Positions 19,678-20,000 of a DNA stretch of 20,000 bases are shown piece after piece; the first letter of the stretch is position 1, and each line of letters begins with the position of its first letter. The notes beneath the pieces are model-generated. The model saw nothing but the letters and a program-made list of their open reading frames with translations, did not search any database and was not told the DNA's origin. This DNA comes from Halocafeteria seosinensis (Eukaryota): assembly GCA_001687465.1 (NCBI GenBank), contig LVLI01000533.1, positions 45,077 to 65,076 on the forward strand, written 5' to 3'. Both the position numbers and the translations under genes were made by a program.

Positions 19678-20000
19678 GTCTAGCAGACTCTAGCTGAGAG
19701 TGAAACAGGGTCGCTTTTTTCGGCTACCAAGCGTGGATGCCAACCAGTCAAGCGAGCATTGAAAGGCGAAATACCCTAACTACCAACATTAATGAAGCGG
19801 AGACACGGCGACTATTGGAAAGGGTCAACAACACCCAAGATCTTGAAGTCTTTCATTACACTGTACATCTTACTGGGCTCGCCAAAACGAAACCCCTTGC
19901 GGTCTGTCTGTGGATGATTTGTACGCTCCTATACCTGAAAAGTCTGAGTCTAACCAGGGGCTTATTTGTCTACCTCCAACTTCCATGATCACTTNGATGT

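Noticed and set aside
19737..19988. 83-aa plus-strand ORF near the right edge
   Set aside because: No recognisable domain or supported splice structure, and it lies next to an N at 19995. It cannot be supported, though a gene start here is not excluded.
1..20000. Alternative genetic code, programmed frameshifting or pseudogenisation as an explanation for the fragmented ORFs
   Set aside because: Every break in the seven complete genes is explained by a canonical GT..AG intron that restores frame. TAA, TAG and TGA all serve as terminal stops.

Overview
A compact, intron-rich eukaryotic window, probably from a protist (lineage not determinable from sequence alone), using the standard genetic code. 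The ORF track is fragmented because the genes are spliced. By hand I reconstructed seven complete genes with 32 GT..AG introns that restore continuous reading frames: (1) a ~1100-aa minus-strand protein that appears to be a divergent SLF2/FAM178/Nse6 (CANIN-domain) SMC5/6 cofactor with a Tudor-like insert; (2) a COG4-like tethering subunit; (3,4) a tandem pair of secreted, Cys-rich, permuted papain-like (NlpC/P60, YaeF/YiiX-type) proteins with identical 9-exon structure; (5) a sterol C4-methyl oxidase-like fatty-acid-hydroxylase-superfamily gene; (6) a MAK/ICK/MOK-type CMGC kinase with S-C-Y in place of T-x-Y; (7) a signal-peptide and C-terminally anchored EEP-family nuclease whose CDS end overlaps the kinase CDS end by 19 bp. 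A tRNA-Glu(TTC) with a T14 Pol III terminator and two low-confidence gene fragments at the left edge are also present. I found no mobile element, CRISPR array or prokaryote-type system. All homology calls come from motif recognition and recall, not from searches.
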